This document shows positions 6,862 to 16,747 of a stretch of DNA of 64,000 nucleotides, piece after piece (position 1 is the stretch's first letter; every line of letters starts with the position of its first letter). The position numbers were made by a program, and so were the translations under genes. The notes under the pieces are model-generated. The model was not told the origin of the DNA. It made no database searches and saw only the letters and a list, made by a program, of their open reading frames with translations. This stretch comes from a virus (taxonomy: Duplodnaviria; Caudoviricetes), in the IMG/VR virus record IMGVR_UViG_3300033463_006479, positions 128,464 to 192,463 of that record; one strand, written 5' to 3'.

Positions 6862-7380
6862 ATATGTCAAAGAACTTTGTTCTTATTCCAATATAATAAA
6901 AAATTCGAGAAATCGTGAAATGTTTTTGTCAAATGACCGCCTCTCGGTTTTCATCATATTTTCAAAGAACGCTGCGTATTTAATATAATAAAAATTTTCG
7001 GAATATGCAAAATGTTTTTGCAAAAACTTCAGTTTTCATCATATCAAAGAGCCGCATTTTAGTTTCGCAGTTGTTATCAAAAACAACGCTGCAAAAATAC
7101 AACTTTTTTTAATGCTGTCAACAATTTCGTAAAAAAGTTTTCAACAAAGTTATCAACAGCCGTTGTGTTTCATATCTTCAAAGAACGTTACTCAATCAAT
7201 ATAATAAAAATTTTGAAAAATGGAGAAAACATTGCAACATTTTTCGTTTATCATATCAAAGAGCGTTTTGCCGTTTTTTAGTGTCGGCGCATCACTGTCA
7301 TAATGACTTTGCAAAGATACAACCTTTTCTAATAGTGTCAATACATTTTTCAATAAACTTATCAACAGAGTTATCAACAA
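6862..7380 (-). promoter_or_regulatory. five tandem promoters, each followed by a boxA antiterminator
   Basis: TTGACA..TAnnTTTGC at 7341-7311 and 7121-7091; TTTTTATTATATT at 7198, 6982, 6890; G(T/C)TCTTTGA at ~7264, 7186, 7052, 6970, 6875. Confidence 0.8.
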
Positions 7381-7436
7381 TCTTATTTAATTCAACATTC
7401 ACAATATCAGCAATTTCAATTATCAAAACAAACAGC

Positions 7437-7471
7437 AAAAAAATTGGCGGCATATTTTTGATATACCGCCA
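7437..7471 (-). terminator. intrinsic terminator
   Basis: TTGGCGG/CCGCCAA hairpin followed by T-run on minus strand. Confidence 0.7.
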
Positions 7472-7600
7472 ACCGAATATTTTTTGTACGATATATCGCA
7501 TCACGAACCATATTCGTCATTATAGTTCGCCCAAAAGAGTTGTGATTTACTTGGTCGGATATCGTATAGCTTTGTCATAGTTACTATCGTTTTTTCTTTT

Positions 7601-7684
7601 TTTATTTATACGAGCGATTTTTCGCTTTTTTCTGTTTTTATTTATACGAGCGATTTTTCGCTTTTTTCTGTTTTTATTTATACG
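7601..7684 (-). repeat. 36-bp tandem repeat, each unit with a TATAAATA late promoter
   Basis: Units start at 7601, 7637, 7673; related copy at ~7905-7926. Confidence 0.85.
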
Positions 7685-7960
7685 GATTGATGTCGGTTTA
7701 TTGATATTCTAATTAGTTTTGGCTGATAACAGACTCACCTGCAATTTGCTCAACTTCCCTTTGCGTATAGGTTTTGCCGTTACACTCATAAAGTTTCTGA
7801 CCATTGTTATATCCGTTGAAATGGTAGGTTATTTCATTTATAATTATGTCGTTTCCGTCTTTTACTACATTTGTGTCACTCATATACATCCTATGTTTTT
7901 CGTCTTTTTCTGTTTTTATTTATACGAACAGCTTTTTTATTTTTTTACAGATGAAATATG

Positions 7961-8809
7961 TTAAAGTGAAAGTATTGTTTTTCTGACAGCATCACGGACT
8001 TTTCGTTTTTCGTTTGTATTCAATTCATTGAATTTGAACACAACTTGTTCTTCACTATATCCATTGGTGTCTGGCTCTGAATATCCGATAAGATACATAT
8101 TGCCATAGTAATCACTTTCTTCGTGAGGATATATTTGGAACAATATGGAATCGTTCATTCCATCAAATTTACGAATATGCAAATCAGATTGCGATAGCCA
8201 TAAGTTATACATACCAGCCCCAGCGTCTTCAAGTTTTGACAGATTTTTTCTTGCAATATCGCACAAATCTTCAACATACAATTTGTTTTGGAATGAGGTA
8301 TCATTTGACAAATCAGACAATCTGTCTTTTGTTACTGGCTTTATGTTCAGTTTTTCATCAACTTTTGATATTGTGTTGATAACTGCAATGGCTGTTGGAA
8401 AATCGTCAATTATTTTGTCAAACTGGAACGGCAGTGAGTCTATCAGATTTTCTTCCAAGCCGATTATGTCACACGTGTTTATATATGGGCTTTTCACGCA
8501 TTTGACAAAGATATGCTTTGTTCTGTTTTTTTCCAATGAGTGAACATTGACAGAATAGCCGCTCTCCATCGCTTCTTTTATAGTGTCGGTAAGATGTTCA
8601 TACGAAAACACCTCAACAAAATCGTTCTCACCAAATGCGCCGATTGAACGCATAAACTGCGTTAATTGTGCGTATGACATATTTTCAAGTTTGGCACGAA
8701 GGACATTAATGTCTTTGGCTTCATTTGATATGCCTTGCATTCTGGTTTTCGTCATTGGCTTGACGTTCAGTTTTTCGGAAATATATTTGTTTGTGTTGAG
8801 TATTTTCAT
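7961..8809 (-). CDS. hypothetical virion internal protein with two EKLNxKPxTK motifs
   Basis: MKILNTNKYISEKLNVKPMTK and internal DEKLNIKPVTK. Confidence 0.75.
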   Translation of the reverse strand: MKILNTNKYISEKLNVKPMTKTRMQGISNEAKDINVLRAKLENMSYAQLTQFMRSIGAFGENDFVEVFSYEHLTDTIKEAMESGYSVNVHSLEKNRTKHIFVKCVKSPYINTCDIIGLEENLIDSLPFQFDKIIDDFPTAIAVINTISKVDEKLNIKPVTKDRLSDLSNDTSFQNKLYVEDLCDIARKNLSKLEDAGAGMYNLWLSQSDLHIRKFDGMNDSILFQIYPHEESDYYGNMYLIGYSEPDTNGYSEEQVVFKFNELNTNEKRKVRDAVRKTILSL

Positions 8810-8817
8810 ATTGTTGT

Positions 8818-10044
8818 TTAAATTCTTTTAGGTTGTTTTGATTTTTTTCTTGCGATTGGAGTTTTGCTGAATGCGTTTGCTGTATTGCAAATAACAGAAA
8901 TATCCCAGCCAGACAAATCACAATCAAATTGTGAACATCCGAAAAACATATCCTCTATTGTTTCAACACTGCTGACATCCCACAATGATATGTCACCATT
9001 GAAATCCGAATAGGCGAACATAGCATTCATATCCTTTACATTTCCGACATTCCAATTTGATATGTCGCCATTGAAAGATGAGCCATAGAACATTTTTGTC
9101 ATTTTTTCAACATTTCCAACATCCCATTTTGATATGTCATTATTAAATCTTGAAAGGTTGAACATCTGCTCCATATTTTCAACTCTGGAGACATTCCATT
9201 TGGAAATATCGCCATTGAACGTTGTCCTGCTGAACATATACGACATATACTTGACTTTTGACACATTCCACGCCGTAAGATTCTGGTTGAAATCAAGATT
9301 GTTATGAAACATTGATGTCATATTCTCAACATTGCCGACATTCCATTTGGAAATGTCTCCATTGAAATATCCGCTTTTTGAATTGCCGTTCTCGCAACAG
9401 AACATACTTGACATATTTTCCACCTTGCCGACATTCCATTTTGATATGTCCCCGTGAAATTTAGTGAATGCGAACATAAAACTCATATTCTCCACATTGC
9501 TTACATTCCATTTTGATATGTCCCCGTCAAATTCACATTCACAGAACATAGCACTCATATCCACAGCACTGGAAACATTCCATTTTGAAATATCGCCATT
9601 GAATATTGAATCGGCAAACGCCCTATTGAAATTGGTTACATTTGATACATCCCATTCTGATATGTTTCCGTTGAATTTTGAACTGTCAAAAATATACTGC
9701 ATATTCGTAACATTGGAAACATTCCATTTGGATATGTCGCCATTGAATTTCGTATTGTAGAAAAGCCAGCCCATATCCGTAACATTGGAAACATTCCATT
9801 TGGATATGTCAATGTTTTCAATATCCATTCCCCAAAACAATGCGTTCATATCAGTTATTTTTGAAACATCAATGTCATTCAAATCATAATTTGAACAGTC
9901 TATGTGTTCCTTTATGGCCGCAATAAGTTCATCTTTTGTTTTTGGATGATATTTGTATGGACGCAGTTCAGTAAGCCTTGCTTTTGAAACTGGCCTTATG
10001 TTTAATTTTTCTGAAATGTATTCCTCGGAATCAAGTATGTGCAT
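8818..10044 (-). CDS. BspA/DUF285 repeat protein with capsid-targeting-like leader
   Basis: Many F(N)GDISKWNVSNVxNM..MF repeats. Confidence 0.92.
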   Translation of the reverse strand: MHILDSEEYISEKLNIRPVSKARLTELRPYKYHPKTKDELIAAIKEHIDCSNYDLNDIDVSKITDMNALFWGMDIENIDISKWNVSNVTDMGWLFYNTKFNGDISKWNVSNVTNMQYIFDSSKFNGNISEWDVSNVTNFNRAFADSIFNGDISKWNVSSAVDMSAMFCECEFDGDISKWNVSNVENMSFMFAFTKFHGDISKWNVGKVENMSSMFCCENGNSKSGYFNGDISKWNVGNVENMTSMFHNNLDFNQNLTAWNVSKVKYMSYMFSRTTFNGDISKWNVSRVENMEQMFNLSRFNNDISKWDVGNVEKMTKMFYGSSFNGDISNWNVGNVKDMNAMFAYSDFNGDISLWDVSSVETIEDMFFGCSQFDCDLSGWDISVICNTANAFSKTPIARKKSKQPKRI

Positions 10045-10052
10045 AAGTCAGA

Positions 10053-10598
10053 TTATTGTTCCGTGATGGCATTCTTGCTTTCCATATCGGCAAGAAAATC
10101 GTTGAGGTTTTTAAGATGTTCTTCCTCGTCAGCAAGAATATGAACAACCATATCATAAGTGGTTGTATCCTTGTCACGCAAGAAATCAAGCGTTTTCTGA
10201 TAGCCGTCAATGGCACATTGCTCGTGAGTTATGTTCATATGCACGAGTGCTTTCGTGTCATACGGCTTTTGTGGCATAGTGTAATGGCATTCGCTTAAAG
10301 TAACGAGATACGTTATGTCTTTCAAGCGTTCAATGTCGCCGCCAAGTTCAGAAATGCGTTTCAATATCTTTTCGGCGTGGTCGTTCAGCTCGTCATCGGC
10401 CATTTCCTTGAATGTCTTTTCAATGTTCGGTCTTTCACTTCCAACGAGAAAATCAGCAACGGTATTGTAATGATACCACTGCAAAACTTCTTCTGCATAG
10501 CGTTTTTCAAGGATTGCTATAACTTCCTGCACATCTATTCTGTCACTAACAGATTCATTTACTCTTTTGAAATTGAAATAATTGCTTAATTGCTTCAT
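10053..10598 (-). CDS. ferritin-like (DpsL/bacterioferritin) protein
   Basis: DDELNDHAEKILKRISELGG, EQCAIDGY, ILADEEEH di-iron motifs. Confidence 0.88.
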   Translation of the reverse strand: MKQLSNYFNFKRVNESVSDRIDVQEVIAILEKRYAEEVLQWYHYNTVADFLVGSERPNIEKTFKEMADDELNDHAEKILKRISELGGDIERLKDITYLVTLSECHYTMPQKPYDTKALVHMNITHEQCAIDGYQKTLDFLRDKDTTTYDMVVHILADEEEHLKNLNDFLADMESKNAITEQ

Positions 10599-10670
10599 TG
10601 GTTTCTATATATTATTCCGAATATATTTATAAACAAAAAAGCCAGCAAACCGCTGGCCTTAATCATATTG

Positions 10671-12974
10671 TCAATCTCCATAATCGTCTTTTTTGGCATT
10701 CTCGTCAAGCTCTATGTAACATCGTTTCAGCTGGTCAAGTGCTGGATTGACACACCATTTCAAATGTTTCTTGAACTGCTTTCTTATGTTGTGGTTGTAA
10801 ATAAGGAACAGTATCTTCTTTTTCCAAGTGAGCAGTTTTCCTAATGTTCTGCCACTGAACTCTCCATCAGTAAGAAACAACCACACGGAGTTTCTGTCGC
10901 TCTCTATGGTTTTTATAATATAATTGACACACTTGCCTATATTTGTTCCACTACCAGCAGCATTATCTTGGCACATATTTATTATCTGTGTAACAACGCT
11001 ATCGTGATGTTCTTTCACATAGTCGGCTTCAAAATGAAGCATTGCATCAAAGTCAATGTTTGTTGCAAAAGGTATCAATGTTATTCCAGAATAAGCGAGT
11101 TTGTCGCAACAATTAACTATTGTATTTGCAAACAGTTCAATAATGCTATAATTTACACTTATTGACGTATCTACAAATATGTTTATGTATTGCGGTGCTG
11201 CATCGTTTTTCGGATGGTAGGGGCGTATCATATCGTGTGCGATTGTTCTTCTGTCACCCCAACGAACCCTATGTTTGTCTGGAATTTTATGGCGTTTGCC
11301 TGCATAAAGCGTGTTGTCTTCCAGAAACGTCTTGATTATCTCTTGCCACAACTCGTCCATAACAGCATCCTTCATTTTTATGCTTGTGCATATTTTTTCA
11401 AGTGTACTATTTGGCTTGTTCTTGATTATTTCATCACGGAGTTTGCTTACGGATTCGGTATCAATGGAATCCTTGCTCTGTATGCTGCTCATTATCTTGC
11501 TTGCCGTTGCATCGTCAAACCCGCTTCGTCTTAAACTATCTCCAAGTTTTCCGTTAACTTCACTTTGTTTGATTATCTCGCCGACAAATCTGTTTTTTCC
11601 ACCAGAACCGTTTTCACTATATCTTATTTCTGGTATATTGTCATTTTTGTTCTGCTTCCTTTTTCTGTTCTTTTCCTTTCTTATGTTGTCATCATATTCG
11701 GAATATCCGTGCTGCTTTTCAATACTTCTTTGCTGGTTGCCGTCATTGCCACCTGCATTGTTTTGGTCTGATTGGTTTTTATCACCATTTTTCCCGTTTT
11801 GCGAGTTACTGGAGCTGCTGTTTTTTCCGTTCATTTGATTGTCAGCAGCATCAACAGCATTGTCTGCCGCATCTTGTGCCTTGTTGTTTTCTTCTTGCGC
11901 TTTCTTTGCATTTTCTCTTGCACCTTTTGTATCTCCTTTTGCTGCGGATTCATTTGCTTTGTCTGCCGCCTCTTGTGCATCGTTTGCTGCATCTTGTGCA
12001 TCGTTTGCGTGTTCTTGCGCCTTATCTGCCGCTTGTTGTGCTTTGTCGGCTTCATCCTTTGCTGATTTGTATTTATCTGAACCAGTTCCGTATTTTTGTC
12101 TTGCTTTTTCTGCGGCATCAGACAATTCATCAGCGTTTTCTTGTGCGTCATTTGCGGCTTCCTGCGCATCGTTGGCTGCGTCTTGTGCGGCATCAGCGGC
12201 ATTTTGTGCTTCTTCTGCCGCTTCGTCAGCAGACATATTTGAAGTATCGTTCTTTGATTTTCCGTGAGATGATTTTCTGTTGTTTTCTTTGGACTCTTTC
12301 GCTGCATCATCGGAAAACCAAGAGTTCATTTTTGAATCGGCATTTGCATTTTCAGCATCCTCGGAATGTTTTTTTGCGTTTTCCGCTTCACGTCTTGCCG
12401 TTTCCATATCACCTTTTTCTGCGGCTGACTTTGAGTTGTCTGCTGCTGTTTGTGCTTTGTCAGCAGATTTCTTTGCGTCTTCTGCTGCTTTTCTCGCATC
12501 GTTTGCTGCATCTTGTGCTTCATTTGCCAAATCCTTTGCTTCAGAATACTCGTTTGAGTTTTCACCAAATTTGGATTTTGCTTTATCAGCCTCCGACTTT
12601 GCATTGTCTGCTGATTTTTGTGCTTTATTGGCGGACTGTTCTGCACTTTCAGCAGAACGCTTTGCTTTATCGGCGAATTTCTGTGCACGTTCAGACACTT
12701 GCGATGGTGTCATATCAGACATATCTTCATCATCCGAAAATTCCATATCATTATCATCAGACGAAGAATCACCACCGCCATTGTTCTTTTGCGGAACAAT
12801 GCGTTTTTCCTTATACGTTTCTGGTTTTTCTTCATCATTGTCTTGGCCACCAAAAGGCGGAGCATCCATAAGGGACTGCTGAATTTCACCTATACTGTCG
12901 CCAATACCTTGTATGAGGCCGTCCTCATATCTTTGATATTCATTTGGTATCAATATGTTATCCGTGTTTGCCAT
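10671..12974 (-). CDS. Ala-rich coiled-coil protein with C-terminal VWA domain
   Basis: Duplicated A/Q/D-rich helical block; IFVDTSIS MIDAS, GSGT, FLTDG. Confidence 0.8.
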   Translation of the reverse strand: MANTDNILIPNEYQRYEDGLIQGIGDSIGEIQQSLMDAPPFGGQDNDEEKPETYKEKRIVPQKNNGGGDSSSDDNDMEFSDDEDMSDMTPSQVSERAQKFADKAKRSAESAEQSANKAQKSADNAKSEADKAKSKFGENSNEYSEAKDLANEAQDAANDARKAAEDAKKSADKAQTAADNSKSAAEKGDMETARREAENAKKHSEDAENANADSKMNSWFSDDAAKESKENNRKSSHGKSKNDTSNMSADEAAEEAQNAADAAQDAANDAQEAANDAQENADELSDAAEKARQKYGTGSDKYKSAKDEADKAQQAADKAQEHANDAQDAANDAQEAADKANESAAKGDTKGARENAKKAQEENNKAQDAADNAVDAADNQMNGKNSSSSNSQNGKNGDKNQSDQNNAGGNDGNQQRSIEKQHGYSEYDDNIRKEKNRKRKQNKNDNIPEIRYSENGSGGKNRFVGEIIKQSEVNGKLGDSLRRSGFDDATASKIMSSIQSKDSIDTESVSKLRDEIIKNKPNSTLEKICTSIKMKDAVMDELWQEIIKTFLEDNTLYAGKRHKIPDKHRVRWGDRRTIAHDMIRPYHPKNDAAPQYINIFVDTSISVNYSIIELFANTIVNCCDKLAYSGITLIPFATNIDFDAMLHFEADYVKEHHDSVVTQIINMCQDNAAGSGTNIGKCVNYIIKTIESDRNSVWLFLTDGEFSGRTLGKLLTWKKKILFLIYNHNIRKQFKKHLKWCVNPALDQLKRCYIELDENAKKDDYGD

Positions 12975-12976
12975 TG

Positions 12977-13831
12977 TTAGTTATTTGAAAATCTCCTTTT
13001 TAATTCATCAGCAACTTTTGTCATATCACCGCCATATTTTTCCATCATTTTTTCAATGTCGTTGATTGTTGCGATAGCGTTTCTGTTATTGGCGACATAC
13101 AATTTTCTGATAAGTTCCCTGCCGTCACGATGCCCGTTTTTCCATTCAGAACTTGTCGGTATCTTTTCCTTTTTCTTATTTTGCCGTTTTGCTTGCGGTT
13201 GCGGATTCTTTTTGCACTGTTCTACCACATTCTTGTACCTTTTCATAATTGTTTCCATAGGCAATCCTGCAACATCCTTGCTGTAACAACCACCGATTTG
13301 TTTCCAAAAATCTGGCGGGCATATATTATCGCCTACCATTATACCATTAACCTCCAAATCGCCAGCAATGTTCAAATCTTTCCAATTTGCTTTTATTTCT
13401 TGGTTTTCATTATAAGATAACATTCTTGGTATATGGGCAAGCATAGAGTGCATAGCCTCGTGGTACAATATTCTAAAAACGGCAAGTGCGTTCATTCCAA
13501 GGCCGTGCGGAGGATTGTCATATAAGAAACCGACATTTATATAATACACCATTTTTGAATCCACACACATAGTATCTGTTATCGTGTCATCAAGCAAATA
13601 AATTATTGAACAATTTTTAATATATTTGTATTCATAGGGCTGCGTATTCTTGAAATATGCGATTGCACTATTTACAAGGTCAACAAACTCTATGCCATCA
13701 ACAAGATTGCCATCAGACATACGGATTTTGCCAAGTGCGGCAAGCTCATCGGCATTGCCGCCATTTGTATTTCCATAACTCTCAAGAATGATGGAATAAT
13801 GTGATGTATTATATACGTATTCCTTATCCAT
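12977..13831 (-). CDS. putative metallopeptidase (DUF2201 N-terminal-like)
   Basis: TMCVD, ILYHEAMH (HExxH), NIAGDLEVN. Confidence 0.8.
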   Translation of the reverse strand: MDKEYVYNTSHYSIILESYGNTNGGNADELAALGKIRMSDGNLVDGIEFVDLVNSAIAYFKNTQPYEYKYIKNCSIIYLLDDTITDTMCVDSKMVYYINVGFLYDNPPHGLGMNALAVFRILYHEAMHSMLAHIPRMLSYNENQEIKANWKDLNIAGDLEVNGIMVGDNICPPDFWKQIGGCYSKDVAGLPMETIMKRYKNVVEQCKKNPQPQAKRQNKKKEKIPTSSEWKNGHRDGRELIRKLYVANNRNAIATINDIEKMMEKYGGDMTKVADELKRRFSNN

Positions 13832-13834
13832 AAA

Positions 13835-16726
13835 TTAGTCTATCATAGAATTTCCTATACTGTCAAACAAAGTGTCCAAATCAACATTCGGATGGCTTTG
13901 TTCATAATCACCGATTATGCGTGCATATTCATTGAAGTTCGGGTCAGTATTGTCAAGAAGGTTGCAGTATTTACAAATTCTTGCAATAAGGTCTGGAACT
14001 GGTGATGAAGATTGTGTATCAAAATTGTCGTTCAAGAAATGGATTATGGTTTCCAAATCTTTTGGCGGTATTTTATCAGAAGCATCAAACATTGATTGTA
14101 TTTCACGTTTCAAGTGGTTTGTAACCGCAACCGCATTCACATTGGTATCAACTTTAAGATTTGGATTGTTTACAATACGGTCGTATGTGTATCTGAATGA
14201 ATCAGAGCCGCCATTTTCAATGTATTCCTCAACATATTCTTGAGCAATGTCATCTGGAAGGAAACCAGCCACATAAGTCAAGAATGTATCATAACCGAGG
14301 TCGGCATAGGATTTAACGCCTTCAATCTTGCACACCTTATTCAATTCCGAGATAGCCCTCGACCATTGTCTTGGTGAAATGCTTCTTGTTTCCATATCGT
14401 CTTCCGTTGCATCGGGGTCAATGTTATGCCATCTTGAATTTGGCGTGTCTTCACCTCTCGCACCAATGAACTCAATCGTAAAATCATCAAATCCGCCTTT
14501 GTCTTTAGCCCATTTAGACCAATCCTTGAATGTAGGAACAAAGTTATATGATTTCAACCTCTGTTTAAGTGCTGGCGGAGCATCACTCCAACTTCTTTTG
14601 ACACGAACATCGTCTGTCGGACGGTTTGAACAAGCCATACAATACCACTTGCTTCCAAGTCTGTATCCGCCAGTTGTTTGGCGTGTCATCATAATTTGTG
14701 CGATACCGAACAATGTGTCTGGGTCGGCACGCAAAAACTCGTCAAACATAAGGATACCTCCGCCGCCGTGCGTTTCGGTATCTTCCATATATCCTTCTTT
14801 GTCATATATAACGCTGACGTGTCCGTTAGCAACAGCGTTTCTTGCTTTGTCAAGTTCTTTATCTCCAGTAGGCAGCCACATAGGAAGCCAACTTTTAGGA
14901 ACGTCTGATGAATGCGCTGTGATAAATTTCTCACAGTCTTTGTCTGTCATATTATGTGCCGCCATATATTCCTTGACAAACGGGATATTCTTTACTCGTT
15001 CAATATCGTCTTGTGTTATCTTGACTGGCATAGGCATAAACAAGTCGCCAGCCTGCAATATTGAACAATCAACAACTATAATTGAGAATTTGTCGTTATT
15101 GCTTCCGCCACTTTCCGCAACGACATCGTTGGCCGCATCAACAATATCTTTCGGTATGGTAGTCTTACCAATACCAGGCGCACCCCATATCACCATAGGT
15201 TCAAATATGATTGGCTTGTCACCTTTCATACCTTTCAATATGGTGTTCAGCATACTTTTGAGCGTTTCGCTTTTTATGTCTTTAGCACCGATGTTCTTAT
15301 ATGTCTGTCCTCCGATTTTCTCAACACTTTTCAGACCGACACGGCGTTCATTGACTTCAAGGGATTCGCTTATTGCGCTGCTTGACAATTTGGAAGTGTA
15401 TTCCATAAACTTGAAGTAATTGTCAAACTCTTGGCTGTTCTCTGGTATTTCGTCATAATACCCAGACTTCTGCGGATAATTGACTGGTTTCCCACATTCA
15501 GCATAAACACCAGCAACACGATATTTCTTCAAGAAATCAACAATGTTCTGCGGGAGATTAGCACCGAACATATCAAGTGTTTTCCCCACAACAAACGTGA
15601 ATCCGTCTTTGAGTTTTACACCGACCGTTTCAAAAGCGTCCTTTATTTTGCTGAAAGACCTTTGGGCAAAATCTCTGATAACGCCTTCATTCATACCATA
15701 TTGTTCGTTGATGAACTCCATAGTATCCAACACATATTTCTTTTCATTAGTTGTATCCATAATGGCCTGCATTCTGTATTTTTTAATATCACTTGTTTTT
15801 CGCTTAATGTCATCTGCACTGCCAATCCAAGCACCCATACGTTTTTTGACGGATTCCGTATCATCGGCGGAAGTCCTTCCGATAACTGGGAGATAACCGA
15901 GTTCTTGGTTTATAGTCAAAGCCCATCTTCTCAAAACATCCTTCTTGTCAAAGTCAGAACCGATAAACATATTCTTTATATTCTGTGCCTTTTTAAGTTC
16001 CCAGTCCTTTATGGAATCGTTGTTGAATGTGGATTTGTAGAACATACCTTCAAAGCAAGTTCCGTTTGAAACATTCCAGTTGCTCAAATCAACATTCGGC
16101 AAATCCTTGAATGCGAACACAGCCGTAAAATCACGGACATCTGTCACATTGAAGAACGAATATGGAAGTTCAACATCCTGCGTTGTAACAGCATCACCCC
16201 AAGGGCTGTCTTTCGGGTTTGTGATAAGATGATAAACCAAATCCGATGCGAAGTTTATATCGTGCAAGTTCTGGTCAACATAAGCATCGCCCTTTACATT
16301 GGTAAGGGTTATCTCTTGATGGCTCATCCAGTCGTTGAGTTCGTCCTTCAGTTTTTTCTCCTTTGCCTTTATTTCCTCTTGCTTGTTTCTTTTTCTGACT
16401 TGTTCGGCTTCCAAATCGCTCATTGACCTTATTTTGCTATAATCGGTATCATCGTCTGGTATGCTATCTTCGTCAGTTTCTTCTTTTGATTTAACTCTGT
16501 CAAATAAGCCCTCATTGACAACACGGCCTTCAGTAAGAAAAGATGCGGTCTTTGTCTTTTCAAGAAGTTCATTGACGGATTCATTGATTGCCGCCTCGTT
16601 CTCCTTATAAAACTGTTCATAGAGTTTTCGTTTTTCGGAAATTGAAAGGCTCTTATCCACGTTTTTCCAGAAGTTCTCATAAGCGAACTTCGACATTATT
16701 CCTATATTGTAATTGAATGCTCCCAT
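13835..16726 (-). CDS. MoxR-type AAA+ ATPase with N-terminal DUF285 repeats
   Basis: IWGAPGIGKT, LMFDEFLRA, ACSNRP, PALKQR, SPRQW; LSNWNVSN repeats. Confidence 0.85.
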   Translation of the reverse strand: MGAFNYNIGIMSKFAYENFWKNVDKSLSISEKRKLYEQFYKENEAAINESVNELLEKTKTASFLTEGRVVNEGLFDRVKSKEETDEDSIPDDDTDYSKIRSMSDLEAEQVRKRNKQEEIKAKEKKLKDELNDWMSHQEITLTNVKGDAYVDQNLHDINFASDLVYHLITNPKDSPWGDAVTTQDVELPYSFFNVTDVRDFTAVFAFKDLPNVDLSNWNVSNGTCFEGMFYKSTFNNDSIKDWELKKAQNIKNMFIGSDFDKKDVLRRWALTINQELGYLPVIGRTSADDTESVKKRMGAWIGSADDIKRKTSDIKKYRMQAIMDTTNEKKYVLDTMEFINEQYGMNEGVIRDFAQRSFSKIKDAFETVGVKLKDGFTFVVGKTLDMFGANLPQNIVDFLKKYRVAGVYAECGKPVNYPQKSGYYDEIPENSQEFDNYFKFMEYTSKLSSSAISESLEVNERRVGLKSVEKIGGQTYKNIGAKDIKSETLKSMLNTILKGMKGDKPIIFEPMVIWGAPGIGKTTIPKDIVDAANDVVAESGGSNNDKFSIIVVDCSILQAGDLFMPMPVKITQDDIERVKNIPFVKEYMAAHNMTDKDCEKFITAHSSDVPKSWLPMWLPTGDKELDKARNAVANGHVSVIYDKEGYMEDTETHGGGGILMFDEFLRADPDTLFGIAQIMMTRQTTGGYRLGSKWYCMACSNRPTDDVRVKRSWSDAPPALKQRLKSYNFVPTFKDWSKWAKDKGGFDDFTIEFIGARGEDTPNSRWHNIDPDATEDDMETRSISPRQWSRAISELNKVCKIEGVKSYADLGYDTFLTYVAGFLPDDIAQEYVEEYIENGGSDSFRYTYDRIVNNPNLKVDTNVNAVAVTNHLKREIQSMFDASDKIPPKDLETIIHFLNDNFDTQSSSPVPDLIARICKYCNLLDNTDPNFNEYARIIGDYEQSHPNVDLDTLFDSIGNSMID

Positions 16727-16747
16727 TATAATGCTATTATATTTGTA

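Noticed and set aside
7709-7888. Possible small gene broken at an A5 run (MYMSDTNVVK / DGNDIIINE...)
   Set aside because: Too short and without recognisable motifs to separate a frameshift, pseudogene or chance.
11311-15419. Long plus-strand ORFs (e.g. 11876-12871, 14328-15419)
   Set aside because: Antisense shadows of the repeat-rich VWA and MoxR genes.
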